NCBI RefSeq assembly: GCF_000150275.1
Contig: NW_002060943.1
Location: 3,740,008 to 3,804,007, forward strand
DNA length: 64,000 bases
Origin: Trichoplax adhaerens
Lineage: Eukaryota; Animalia; Placozoa
Reading direction: 5' to 3'
Made by a program: the position numbers and the translations under genes. The notes below the pieces were generated by a model. It had not been told where the DNA came from. It saw only the letters and a list, made by a program, of their open reading frames with translations, and searched no databases. Positions 41,536 to 55,949 of the stretch are shown in pieces (the stretch's first letter is position 1; every line of letters starts with the position of its first letter).

Positions 41536-44500
41536 CTACTGATCTGAGCAGGGCAGCTCTTAGTTTATAAATAAATTAAATAAATTAATATAGAGTAAAA
41601 GGTGCAAGTATAGTACGTGCATCTTACTTAGAAGTCACTCCAACCTCCCATTAACTAGCTTTGATACTGTAAAATATCTTAGCAAAATATGTTGGAATAT
41701 TTTTATTTGTTTGGCTCATTTACTTTTACAAATTATACCTTCTATTCTTCCATTCGACTTCTCATTACAGAGTGTAGATATATAGAACTGTGTACGGAGT
41801 CTAATATCAACTAATATTATAAGAAACATCATTCGCAGACTATGCTGTGCAAATGATAGGGCAGTATTGATGTAAATCAATAGACTAAAGTTGTAAGATT
41901 TGAACATCATCCCGGCATTATCCAACTTCAACCATGGAAATAGCCACGGACCACTAGAAAGAAATCCAGTTGCCTGGCTAGCCTCTTAATGCCTTTACAT
42001 AGGACTGCGCGGATTTCCATTGTGTCGATATACAGTAATTAAGATTAGTCAATCAGACAAGGACTGACTGAGTAGTTCATGGACTTGCATAGTCTTTTGC
42101 CATCCTAAAGTAAAGACAGTGTATGTTAAACCTACGTAGTCAAGGCGTCCGATGGTGATATCTATTTTAAAGAAGTATCAACAAAGTAATAGATTAGGAC
42201 TGGATGTGAAGATTAGTTAGATTTCTAAAAGGCCTTTAGTAGAGTGTTTTAGAATAGTACAGTAGTTATAAGACTAATTAACAACTAGCATGAATCTAAT
42301 CTATATTTATCCTAAACCTATAGGAATCTACCATTCTGAAATACTGTATATTGAGCTCAATCTAATTATGGTAACAAAGTCGCTTCAATCCACAATGGAA
42401 CCATGGTAGATTGTAAGAGTAACCTCCTCAAGTAAATAATAATATTATTAATAACTGATACAGTATGAGTCCATTTATGTAATAACGTACAATCATTTGT
42501 CCATTTATATTCGACATGGTAAAAAGTTCGATCTTATTCCTGATGCTCCAGATTTATCGCTGAAATATCTCAAGTGATGTTATACGTATTTACTTACAGC
42601 TATACTGATAGAGTGCGAAACGTTTCAGTGAATAATTTTAAGATCTCAGAATTCAATCTACTAGATCGTGCTTCCTTTCATATTTACACCTTGACTCATT
42701 TGACGTACCACTGCACTTTACTAGCAATTATTCGATTTTCTATTTACTAAAAATGACCAAAAGAAGAGATCACAGAATAACAAGACTATATGATTAATCG
42801 TGCGAATGTACGTGAGAGAGAATGCTTCGCTTGCACGTAGGCTAAGTGTAATTCTTTAACGTAGCTTTCATAAACACTGTAGAGGGACATTACCTTGATA
42901 ATACACGAGGGAATTTGCTTACAGCTACATTACATAACTACGGCTATCTAGCTTATACGAACTTTTTTTGTAAACTGTAATAAAACTGACTTTTATGTTG
43001 TTATTAAACAAGTTTTGGCCAAACGTTTATTGTGAGGCAGTAGAATAGAGTGAGAGAGAGTCTATCTTGTGACAGATATATGAGTACATTTCAAAATACA
43101 GAAATATACTTATTTATATGATGTATAGAACAAAAATCGGAACTTCGCTATTTTACTGAACTAGCCCTCCTGTAAACTTTAGAAATGCTATATCGTACTG
43201 TAGACCCGTTTGTTTACTGCGAATTGTAAACCTTTTCTTACCCAGCGGAAGCAATGCATAATATTATGGCACCTTTGTTGAGTGAATGAATAGGAGTAGA
43301 TAGTTATTATGATATACCAAATGCAATATATGCCTACCTCTAACTGTACTTTCCTAATATATCACCTGATTATACACAAATTACTACTGTCCTACCAACT
43401 CTTCAGTTCATGGCGTTGTCAATATCATCACATATGGCAGCAAGTTAGATAGAAACATTGATTTAAGACAATCGAATAATCAGCTACATACATATATATT
43501 TCGGTTTCTACATACTGGAGTACACGAACATTTTACCGAACAGAGTCACGTATAGATCTCAATATAAGAAAATCAGTCGCAATCTACTAATAAATACAAT
43601 TTATGCACCGATATTTACGTGGGATAAAATTTTCATCTAAATTCGGTAAATAAATTTTTCCTAATGCCATTCAAGTATATCTTTAATTAAAACTTACTAA
43701 TAGCTTTAATTAAATCGTACAAGTAAAGTATATGTATAAGCATCATATGCGTATGTACAATACTATGGATATTCCTAGTACTGGATACTGACTTAGGATT
43801 AGTCAGAGTCAATCATGCGAACCCATTTCTTAGTCTTACGAATAGCTTCAACATACTGAATAGGACAAAACGAGATCACGTAGGCTACAGTCAGGCCCTT
43901 AAAAAAAATAAAGAAAACAAGAAGGTAGAAATAGTGTCAAAATTTTTTTCATGGAGGAAGGCAGGTTACAATACAAAAAAGAAATCAATTGTAAGCATTA
44001 TTATAACGCTGCCAGCAAAAGTGAATATGAATCATTTGGTCAAATATGAAATAAAGAGTATTTTTAAACTAAACTGCATTGTATAGCTGGTGTAGTTCCC
44101 GTCATATCGGTAGAAAGTAACCAGGAGTCGATGTTAAATCAATAGTTACCTTTGAAAAGGAGGTTGTTCTACAATTTAAAATCGCACAAGAAGCAAAAGA
44201 TAAATTTGAAGCCAGAAGAACGAATTGTTATCAGCATCACGGTAAAAGATTTACTACTATACTACATTATCTTTAAATAAAATTTAAAACAAGGAAGCTA
44301 TTATTCTCACAGATGCAAAATTAATACCAATTACATTAAAAGATTCACTACAATTCTATATCACCATTTTGTAGCGTAAAACCCTCCGTATAGGAGGAGT
44401 ACGATAGCGGAGAGTCGCATGTAGACTTAATTTATAGTTTTATAGTCATGCATTCAATACCAGTCGACAGTAAAATCAACGTTGATAAGACATCTACTGT

Positions 44501-46772
44501 AACTAAATCTTTAAGTAAGTCACTTAAGATGCAGCTGTGCAAAGTTGCGAAAAAGTAGAGAAAGAATTAAGCTAACTCATATAATGATTTATTTGAGAAT
44601 TGCTATTTCATATCATCATATTAATGTATCATATGCAGCACAACATTATATCGGAACATTTCATATCAATTAATTATATATGTATGATTATCAAAAATAT
44701 GGAAAACAGCCATGAATAGCAACTCATTTATGAAATAATATCATCAGAAGATGACTTCCAAATCGATATAGCTTATCCCAAACTAGATTGTTACAACCTC
44801 ACTCCCATCCCTGTATTTCTACAACTAATATACTATACTAGTTTAGACTACATAGGAGTATAATTATGGATGGTGGATTCCCAAATCAGGCTTGCTTTAC
44901 ATTTAATCTTACCATCGCTCCATCTTTCTATTTTTTTAATTATATATTACGATATGGCAATTAGTAATTATGGTTTAATACAACCGTCTAACAAAGACAG
45001 GCGTTGCTAAGACATAAAATAGCCGTATTATCATTTGACGAACTGAAAGCATGTTGTTTAAATCTTCACTATACTCAATGTCAGATTTAGATAGCTATTG
45101 TACCTATTACAGGATTCACTCATAACGTCATTCATGATCAAATTAGTTAATCTCACACACCTACGGCTATCTTCCTATTATTAATTCGCATTTTCTATTC
45201 CTGAGGTGTAATTCTATTACTAACTCAGCAAATAATGCTTCTTCACTTAAAGTGGCCTTTCTAAATGTTGTATTGATTCTATAGCAGTAGGTCTGCCAAT
45301 TTAATATGGTTGGCTATAAAGAATAATTATAATCTGTTTAGTTATGAGCAAACACTTAATAAATTTTTTAAATAGAATGACACAATAAGGAAAATTTGTT
45401 ATAAGTATATTTGCAATTCTTTTCAGTAATTAAAATCGATTACGCTATGGTATATATTTTAAAATGTACTTCATTCTTATTTCATACTTATGAGTGCAAT
45501 ATGTTAATTGACCCACTAATTCTAAAATTATCAACTAAAACCTATTTTATGTACTCAATTATTTAGTAAACTAATATATCAATTATAATTTAAACTTTAT
45601 TGAAAGTCAGAAGCTAATAAAGAAAATTGGCATTTTTAGATAAAAGCAATTTGCTGCCAGCTACTTTTATTAACAGTTCAGTGAACAAGAGTCTCTCTAT
45701 TATATTTATTAAAAAAGTTGAATTGTATAGCTCTGAACAATTACAGTATAATTACACCAGCGTTAAAATTAAAGATTACAACTTAGTCGTTACTAGCGTC
45801 AGATTAAAATTTTACCTTTAGTTTATGCAATCTAAGGTATATCGTAGACTTTTTGATAACTAAGGAGTTTAGATCCTTTCATGGTATCCAAATTGTTAAA
45901 TAAACTTCAAATTTTAATGATCGGTAAAAATGACTCAAATAAATTATTAAGTATTATATTGAAAGCTACAATCGCAAATGAGAAATTGACTATGAACTCC
46001 ATCTAGCTAGTATTGGCTAGTATATTCTTTGCCAATTGCAAAAATTAACTCAATAAATAAACAGACAATGGTGCTTTTATTCCATAATTTTATTCCTAGA
46101 TATCCTCAGAAAAATTCGGTGAATTGTAAGACTAATACATTATTTTGCAGTTTTCCAATAAGATTCAATTGAAATTAGTAAACCACAGACGTATCTATTT
46201 ATCTTTAGCTATTAGTGACGCAAACAGTCATTTTACCTCTATACTTTTTCTACTTTCTATTTTTTCAGACGTCATAAGCTATTATTCTATGTTCAGCCTA
46301 TCTATATTCTCCTTTCATTTTATTACAATTTATGTCAATACGATTCCATTGCTACCGTTAGTGTCTTAGTTATAATAACTGTAAGCTTACAATTCAAGAT
46401 AATTTCAGAACTAGACATTCTTATAGTATTACCCTAATGGCAATTTTTAGCGAATTGCTTTAATTTTCATCTAGATTTACTACCATGATCTATTTCATTC
46501 ACTTTTATTTACCATTGAATGATACTTCATGACTTTTAATTCGGATTAAACACTATCCTAAACCATTTAATACATCAAATCTACAACCGTAGCAATACCA
46601 ACAATCAATTCTACATAGACAGAACATGAATCGATGACACCAACCCTTTAATATTTGAAATCTCCAAAGATCATCTGCTGGTTTAACATTTCAACTTTAT
46701 CAACTAGAGATAAATCGCAAAAGTATCCTCTACACCAATTTTTATATCTCCGAATCACGGTAAAAGTCGAAA

Positions 46773-49700
46773 ATGAATTTATCTAGATACAGATATCTAA
46801 TAATTTATTTCTACGTCGTTTCGGCATTTGGCTACCCGAATGTACAGGTGAGTTAGAATCACATCATTTAATAACCTTAGACTTTATTGAGAATAAAATT
46901 CAGGATGTGTGAAATTACAAATATTTGTTTCATTCTTTAACATGTTTAAATATTGCCAGCAGAAAAAATCTCCATTTATGATATCTTCTAGCAAAAATTT
47001 TGTAGCAAGATCGGAGCCGTATCCACCCTATTTACGCCATCTGTAAGTATAAAACGGGTGTAAATTGAAATACTTTATATTTCTATAGAATCTTTTAAAT
47101 AAGAATGTTGGCCGTTGAAATGTATACTTCAACTATTTGCCAATTACTACTATGAAAGAATTACTCGAACTATACGATAGTCTTAAAACCTCAAAATTTC
47201 GTGCGCGATAAATTCATTAGATCGCTACAAGTTACATGTATACCTGATCATTTATCTTAAATATATCGTTTTTGTCTTATAGTTTATTTACTTTTTCTCG
47301 AAATTGTTTTCGACACACAAAATGTCAGAAATGTTGTCAGTCTTTATTATAGGTTAGTGTCAATTTCACTTCTGCGACAAGGTAACGTACAGTAAAAGTC
47401 TATATGTAGCTACTGACTTAAACGCCCTTTTACTTAACGTTTAACACACACAGCAAAATACTGTAAAAATGAAACTTTTATTAGCAAAGATACATTTACA
47501 ACTTTTTACCACACCACTCAACTCCAATGTTCCCGTTTTTATAGGAACCGTCTAATTTATAAACAACAGTATTATTGTCATACCTTACTAGGAGAAACAT
47601 CTCGAACTGAGATGTTCCTAACATAGCTTTTCTATCAGTAAATATTTTGAATCTCTTACTCATACTTAATCTTAATCTAAGCTCGTAGGTTGTCTAATTC
47701 AACTGTCATCAACTAGAACTTGAATCATCTTACTGCTATCTATCACACAATAACAATCAATATCAATTATGTAATGACTATCACAAACAACATCCACGTT
47801 AAGGCATTACTTACCTTACCTAGCACTACTACAAATATGGATATTCTCCGTACTAGCTACTACTGTACTCTTTAAACTATCCTAATGGCAAGGCAACACC
47901 ATAATAACCGTCAGCAAAGCGACGGGAGTTTGCACTAATTACGATGAAATAAATATATTGAGTTCTTTCACATGGTAGTATCATCCCTACCACTTAAATT
48001 TGAAGAAAAAATATTTATCTGGCAGTAGTGCTTAACAACAGTCTAAATTTAATTCAATCCTGCTTCAGTCATCATTTTACTTTTCTAGATGTAATCTTAG
48101 ATATCAATATTCGATATGGCAAAGGAAATAATTTGACCAACCGAATATTTTAGTTAGTTCACCTTTTAATTCACTTTTGTGAACTGTGCCGATATAAATA
48201 TCGGACATACATAGACTAACAAACACAGACAGAAGATTACTATCTTGGCTAGGGGCATAAATACATGGTATATTAAAGACAATGACCTTATCGCGTCTAG
48301 AAATTAATAGTTTAATGACTTATAATGATGTATAAGTGGCAATTCACTTAATTGAAAAATGAAAGGAGCTTTACTATGAAATCTAATCTAATCTAATCTA
48401 ATTTTCATAAAATTGAGGGGTGAGGCTAATTAATTTTTTAGATCATAGACCATATAGCATATGTGTTAATAATTGGTATCAATGACATTTAAAAAATACG
48501 CTAGTCTTCTGATACTTCTCTTAATCTATCAAAGTTTTCCATTTCTTACAACATGGTAACGCGTATGTGTAATTGACTATATGCCTGAAAATAATTTTTA
48601 TCAACCCATGTAATACTATTGTTGACCAACATGGGCAGATAAGATCTAAAATCTCCTACACCTTCTTTTAATTTGTAAAAATTTCGATATTTTTAATAAT
48701 TGAATATAGCAATTCGAAATTTATTAAGTGGTACATTCGATACAGAAAAATGATAGTGAAATATGAGTGAAATCAGTATAAGATGTAAACACCACTAATG
48801 TATCATAAATGAAATATAAGATAAGCTATCAGATGTATCTCATGAATTTATGATTTTATTCTAGCTATAGTAAAACAAAAGTGATCACCGGAATAGAGGT
48901 TCTGTGGCATTTTTTGTTCTACTTTACCTTAAAAGTCTAATGGTATTTATTTCCAGGCGAGAGCTCGGGTAGAAGACACGAGTAGCTGTTTACAAATAAT
49001 TTTTACTCATTCTTATAGACCCACACTTTATCATTTAAAGCAATATTACAACAAATTTATTGCTAACCAAAATAGCATTAATTTCATAATATCCAAATGC
49101 AACGTTCCAAAATTACTATTTTTTAAGCAAACCTACGATTTCCTGCTGCTAATTTACTTAATTAAGGCTGTGTAATTATCCTATAAAATTTAATTATTTT
49201 ATAGGAAATGTCTGATTGCTGAGATGATAAATTAAGAGGCACAAAATCACTAGCCTTAAATTTGATTAACATGAACAAATTGACTCTACCATAGGTATAT
49301 CGTCGGGCCAATATTTTGTAGAGGTGAAGTAATATCCTTGGTTAAAGAAATCATGGGCCATGGCATAACCATTAATGGAAAATGTGCATATCCGCCGCAT
49401 TTGATAAATATTCAACTTGGTCAGCTAGTAAATTTTAAAATTACCCAAATCCGTGCGATAGGAGGTAACTATCAGGAATGAAAAGTAGTTAGCAAACTGT
49501 TAATAATTTATACCATTTTCTTTTTATTTGAATTTGTTGGGTTGATCGTAGGTATTCCATTACGAATAAAAATCATTATTCAGAGTAAGCTAGCGAGGCT
49601 AATCATGACAAGATATTTTACTCTATTTTATAGCAAATTTCCGCCAGTTAAGGAGAATTAAAAGAGATACCACTCACACTAATTGTAAGTTAATGAACTC

Positions 49701-52399
49701 TCTGTAAAATATCGATGCCGCATTTTTCACACAAACAATCAAGTTTAACAGCATGCTTGGAATTTTGTTTCCTCATGCTAGTAATCTACATAGTATTTTC
49801 AGTATTTCAGCCTACAATTTAGTCTTTACATAAATCAGGCACTAGATTATGCAACTATGCAACCTTTACCATGCCTATTACTACTGTAGATTTGCTAACG
49901 CAGCAAAAAATTTTAGTTGCAGTATCGCAGGAGAGCAATAATGTCAATAAGATATATATATTCTTATTGCCTATACATAGATCTGGCTTATTATTTAATT
50001 ATGGTAATTGCCACCGTTACTATTCTAGCATAAATTACTGTCAATGGTAACATTATCTAAGGTCATTTCAGAATTAAATCATTCCAATTAGCTAATAACA
50101 TTGAAAATTAACTGATGTAGCTCTTATTATAATAAATTAATGTTACAGTTCACTATCATTCAATCTTAAAGGAATTCCAAACAGGCCCACGTATTCTGAA
50201 GCAAAAACATTATAAAAGCAATAGCACTATATTTTTGTTAGTTAATATCCTGCAGTGTTCTTTCAATATTAAGCAGTTTCAGTCAATAACGGTATCTAAA
50301 AGAAAAGCTTTAGAATATTAATATAGTGGAATTCATTGCTTGTAGTATATTAATGCTAAGTCAAAGTATTTAGATGTTCAAGTTTTCATGGGTAATAAAG
50401 AAGTATTGTATATAAAAGAGTTTTAGACCTACTTTTTCTATAGCAATTTTTACAATTGGTTAGTAGTAAATTTTGCTAAATCTTTTCTATACCATTCAAG
50501 TATTAATATGGTAACATACTAAAAGAGGAAAAATGCAAATTACCGTAATTTAACAACATAGCTACTTAATATTGATGATAATAATATTAATAACACTTTT
50601 AATTGTAGACTAACAAAAGATCGGCTTAAGCGGCTGTAGTATGATTTGCACCTTACAAACAACATACCTATATCTGAAAAGAATTCTATACCTATAATTC
50701 AAACTAGTGGAATAAAAAAACCATAGGATAAACCTTGCCATTAAATTGATAATGCTATAACAATAATTACACTTTAGAAACAATTTTTAATAATTTTTAG
50801 TATTTATTTAATATCTGCAACAGTATTTAAAATCATAAACTATTTCATAAATGATGCCATATTATTCTACCATTTCCTTCGCTTATTTTGAAAATTTACA
50901 GATACCTTAAATAATCTTTTAAGCGAATTCGATTAAAATATTTGATAGATGTGAATGTAACTACATCGTCGACATCATCGACATCATCAACAACAACGAA
51001 AGTACCTGCTACTACTAGATCGACTTTAATACCAATTATTGTTCCTGCCATAGCTACTCCTATGGGAATAATTGCCATTGGTATTGTTGCATATTTATGT
51101 AAAAAACAGCAACATGAGCTCAATTTACAGCAATCGGCAGAAAGAAATCGAGTACGCGATACTACACTTTCTAATTCAGCAAGGCGACAAAAAGAAACTG
51201 CATTTCAAACTTCTGCATGGAAAAATACCAATCATCAAGCCCAACAAGATGAACATTCCAGCTTAATAACTAATAGTGATAACTTTGTTTGCCTCAGTGT
51301 TAGCTCCTCTAATCTTCCCCGAAGTATAACATATGTCTCAACAATATCACAAGCTACCACACCAATGCCTATGATGATTAAGAACTCGCTAAGAAATCAT
51401 ATACAGTATCCAGATATGCGAAATTCTACATCATCAAGTGATAGTATGCCCGATTCTGATGCTAAAAGAATTCAAAATTCTATAATGCATCTATATCAAC
51501 GACAAGAAAGCGACAATCAAAAGAAAATTCTAAATCAGGAAAATGTAATTCCCTCGGTAAATATCAATACAACAACAGCAATGACAGATCAAGTCGAAGA
51601 TAGTAAACATATTCTGCCATCAAATGGTAAACATAGTGAATCTAACATTCCAAATGAGCAAAAAATAGACCGTATAATGGTAGTCAGTCCGGTTAGTCTC
51701 CAAGTTTCAACGGAAAACGATAACGATTGGAAATATCCACAGGCTTACCCAGCACAAGATATTCGACAGAGTGAAGATGCCAATCGTGAACAAGGAAATA
51801 ATTCAAATAGTGCTCTTCCTCATGTTGCTAGTGATGTAAAACTACCAGCTAAAAAAGAAACTACTGATCCTGTCATTGTAGAGAAAATTCAGGATAAGGA
51901 AGAAAGTAATAGCCAAGTTAACCGACAAAGTAGATCTACTCCTAATGAAAAACTAGAAATGCAGGAAAAGGAAGAAAACAATAATCGAGTTAAACGATCA
52001 AGTAGATCTGCTTCTAATGAAACACTAGATATACAAGACAAGGAAGAAGACAAAAACCAAGAAAATCGAAAATGTAAATCTACTACTAACGAAATACTAG
52101 ATATACATGAAAAGGAAGAGGATAATAGCCAAGTTGACCAAAAAAATAGATTTACTTCTAATGAAATACTAGAAAATACTATTGCGGAAGCTGACGTACT
52201 CATTGCCGAAAATAACCATATCTATGATCCTAAATGTGATGTAAAAGATATCAAACATAACGATAAATCAGACAATAAAATTCAAAACGGTCACGATAAT
52301 CCTATACAAGATACTATAGCTCTAGAAGTTGAAAATACTAACGATCTAAATTTATCTTTAAAAATGCTAGAAGATGAAATATTAGACAGCACAAAATAA
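46773..52399 (+). CDS. Predicted type I membrane protein: signal peptide, small ectodomain with LRRCT-like cap, Ser/Thr stalk, TM helix, long disordered tail
   Basis: Phase-compatible GT-AG exons are 46773-46847 (MNLSRYRYLIIYFYVVSAFGYPNVQ), 46992-47042, 47353-47381, 49295-49464 (YIVGPIFCRGEV...GKCAYPPHLINIQLGQL) and 50949-52399 (T/S stalk, TM IIVPAIATPMGIIAIGIVAYL-CKK, tail). The last exon is well supported; the upstream joins are inferred. Confidence 0.7.
51886..52175 (+). repeat. Four 72-bp (24-aa) coding repeats in the cytoplasmic tail
   Basis: IQDKEESNSQVNRQSRSTPNEKLE / MQEKEENNNRVKRSSRSASNETLD / IQDKEEDKNQENRKCKSTTNEILD / IHEKEEDNSQVDQKNRFTSNEILE. Confidence 0.9.
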
Positions 52400-55300
52400 A
52401 AGTTTCGTACTCGATGTAAACATTTCGACATAGTATGAGGTGTATCAGTAGGGTCGTAGCTAATATTTATTTTAATATTAAAATATACTTAAATTCATTA
52501 TATAGACTTATACCTAAATCAATAATCGATGATTTGCTATACCAGCAATTGATTTCGTTCGATGACAAAGCTTTACTTGTAATTTAAAACATTAATCTCT
52601 GAGAATCATTATTTAATTACAGATGTGGTGAAAACTTCTTATAATAAGTAACAGCACGTGATTAAGAGTTGGTACAGAATTTTTCGTATTACTTCAAATA
52701 ACACTGCTAGATTTTCGACAAGTAAAACTTTTATCTAGCTCGTACCTGATAATTCTTATTATGGAAAATATTTTTAATATGTACGCATTATTATAAGATC
52801 GTCATAACCAAACGAATAGACACATAAAAATTATTAATTCTATTAATTTATACAGTTTTATATCTTTTATTACTATAAAATAGAGAGTGCAAATCTATAC
52901 CAAAAGTATTAGTTATAGTATGATTCATATATTATTCAGACGACAGAAAATTAATGTTGGGTTATATGCCGCTAATACAGTGTCACAACCCTCACTTGTG
53001 GCAAAGGAAAGTAAAGAACTCTAGTGTAGTTACTTAAAACTTAGGCTATTTCTCCCAGTACTTTCAGTTTCTATGAGAGAAGTATTTGAGAACTCGATTT
53101 CTCGGCTGATCTCCACAGACAACTGACTAATTATTACACTATTCTTCACAATATGAGTCTTGCCGTTTCTTGAGCAATTACTTTTTTTATTCTACAAACA
53201 CACGCGCTTAAATAGGTTTCTACAGTGAATTCCAATATTAACGAGTGAGAATTCATGCTTTACAAGTTACATTAATTAGTATAATACCATTACTAAATAT
53301 ACATGTCGATATTCTCAGACTTAGATAGCTACAAGCTATCAGGTGTTAAGACGCTTAACCTTCATCCATATACAGCTCAATTTTTAGAGATTAACATACC
53401 TTATAAACCTACAGTAAATTAACTGCTAACAACTTCTATTTTTATCTCATTTCTACCATCCTATTATCAGCTACAAGCGCATTAAGACATAGCACATAAC
53501 CTTATCTTATCTATTCATAAGCATTCATTAATTTACAGTTACTTAATTAGTAACGGCGTACCGTGACATACAGTAGAATACATTCATAAATTGCAAAAAT
53601 CGTAATCAAAAGAGTTGATCAAGTAATTTTAGATGTCGCTTTCAAATCTTTCGAAATGGCAAAATTGTTATAATTAAAATTGTCGACTGTTAATATTCAC
53701 TGTTAAATTCGATTAACAAATATTCGTCTATAAAATCATTGCTTTAATGCAGTTTTAACAAATATAAATTGAAAAAGTCCACTAAGTGTTTTTAATTTAA
53801 AAATAATTGTTCTGCTACGCTGACATCAAATGCTTCTTATTGTAAAGAGAACATCAAATTATAGAATTGTCATATTTAAAACTGCAAATAATAACATTTA
53901 CATTTAAGAGTGGTAAAAATATTGATCTTTAATAACTACCTTTCAACATTCAGTATTTTCGCGTATAATTGTATTATATATTTCTCTTCTTATAGCTACT
54001 CCTACTACTTAGGTTATAAAATGCCTATACCAATTAATAATACTATACTAGTTAACAATCTTCAAGCAAGAACAAATTAAAGAAAAAAATAAATGAACCG
54101 AAGTTATTAATAAATAGATGATTATCAAGGTGTTTCATTTTGCTATGAAAGGGTAAAAGCATCGGAAATGGTTGAAGTATTTGATTACAATTTGTTGTTA
54201 GATTAAAATAGTAAGTCAGAATGAAATGGTGGGCATATAATCCGCTTCTCTAGCTGATAATCAAATGCAATTGTAGAGAATTGAATACCTTTCTAAGTAC
54301 CCTCCTTCATCAAAAGACTATGTTTGAAAATCAGTTTTAACAGACAGTAAACTCTATATATGTAGTCTTTGAACTATGAAGAGATATCGAATATGTATTC
54401 TTTTAACTATATCAACTAACATTAAACCTTACCTCTACACTTTATTCATACTTGAATTGGAAATAATCTAAAACAGCTTTCAATATTTAATATCCTATTT
54501 AAGCTGGAAATTATGAGAATAGTGCTCAAGAGAACGAATGCATAACTACCTACAGATGGTATATTAGTTTGCACTAATAACCGGTAAAGCTACTAAAGTC
54601 ATCAATTTTAATATCATTCTTATCATTAAAAGCATTAATAGCGATAATTAATATCCTGCAATACTGATGTTGTTGAAATGAAAATTTATACATAATAATT
54701 TAATAACGTGTGTAAAAAATCAATTTTAAATGTGATAGTCTTTACATTAAAAAAATGCACTGTGAATTTGTTTATATTAATCAAAACTTCGTTTATCAAG
54801 GTCTTGATTAACTTTATCGTTCTCTATTTTATAGGTTACTTTAATTTTGCTAATGCACTGCTAATTTTTATCACCCCATTATGCAATAAAGATATTGAAA
54901 TGAAAAATTGATTTAGTATCATGAATCTTTTCTGTACCTTCTGTCCTGTATATAAGTTAGACATTTCTTAGAACAATTTGAATAATTTTATCTCATTTTC
55001 AAAATATTAAACCTTTTCACACCGTTAAAAATGGCAAATGACTTATGACTTCCCTCTGGTTGCATGTCTATGATGTTCAAATGGATATTATAGCTAATTA
55101 GCGTGAATTAAAATTATTTCATACAAATCATCAGTTGAAAGAATACACTAGATATAATCAAGAACTAGTCTAAATTATACTGAGAAAATTTCATAGCCCT
55201 AATTTCTAGAATTTACCACGATATTTCATCATATTAACATTAAAGCATTAATTGATTATGAATGAGCTCCGACTACTATCCCTAAGCCGATTGTAAAGTA

Positions 55301-55949
55301 ATTAACTTCTTAAGTAAGAAAATTAATAAGGGAATATAAAAAGTATTTGATCATGTTAAATAATTGAAATACAATAGCTTGAGCCGTTCCAATAATTTTC
55401 ATTACATTTAAATGACAAGTTATGATTATCTTAAATATTTAAATAGCGGCAGGATATTCTCTATATTAAAAGCTGAGAAGGAGTAAATACCTTAAGAATA
55501 TTCCTAGCTTAATAAATACTGAAAGGCATCACCTGAATAGTCGTTCCCACTGTCAATAATCAATGTTTACGTTAGATCCAGATTATAATTATAATCAAAA
55601 GGAAAAGTTTTTATAAATAGTACCATAAATTTAGATCAAAAGAATTATAATTTTGTTTTATTACTGATAGGCGTTGTACAAGAAGAAGTTAAGGAACTCG
55701 TCAAAATTTTTCTCCTATCATTATCAAGCGTCTTTAAATCCGTTTATAATAAGCAAACTATTGAAATTTTTATTCATATCTAGCCTTGTATTAATTTTGC
55801 ATGCAATTTCTTCTCATTTTAATCATGAACCGCCAAGAAGGTAACGAATAAATTCAAAGCACTAGCGCCATCGGATTAAAAGAAAAAGTTGCTTTACTTG
55901 GTTCAAGATTGATAAAGCGGAAACGTATTTTGATTTATTTTAATTCTCA

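Noticed and set aside
44090-44245. Exon-like purine-rich segment ending in CG|gtaaaa
   Set aside because: No recognisable homology or compatible partner exons. It could be a 5'UTR exon, but I cannot support that.
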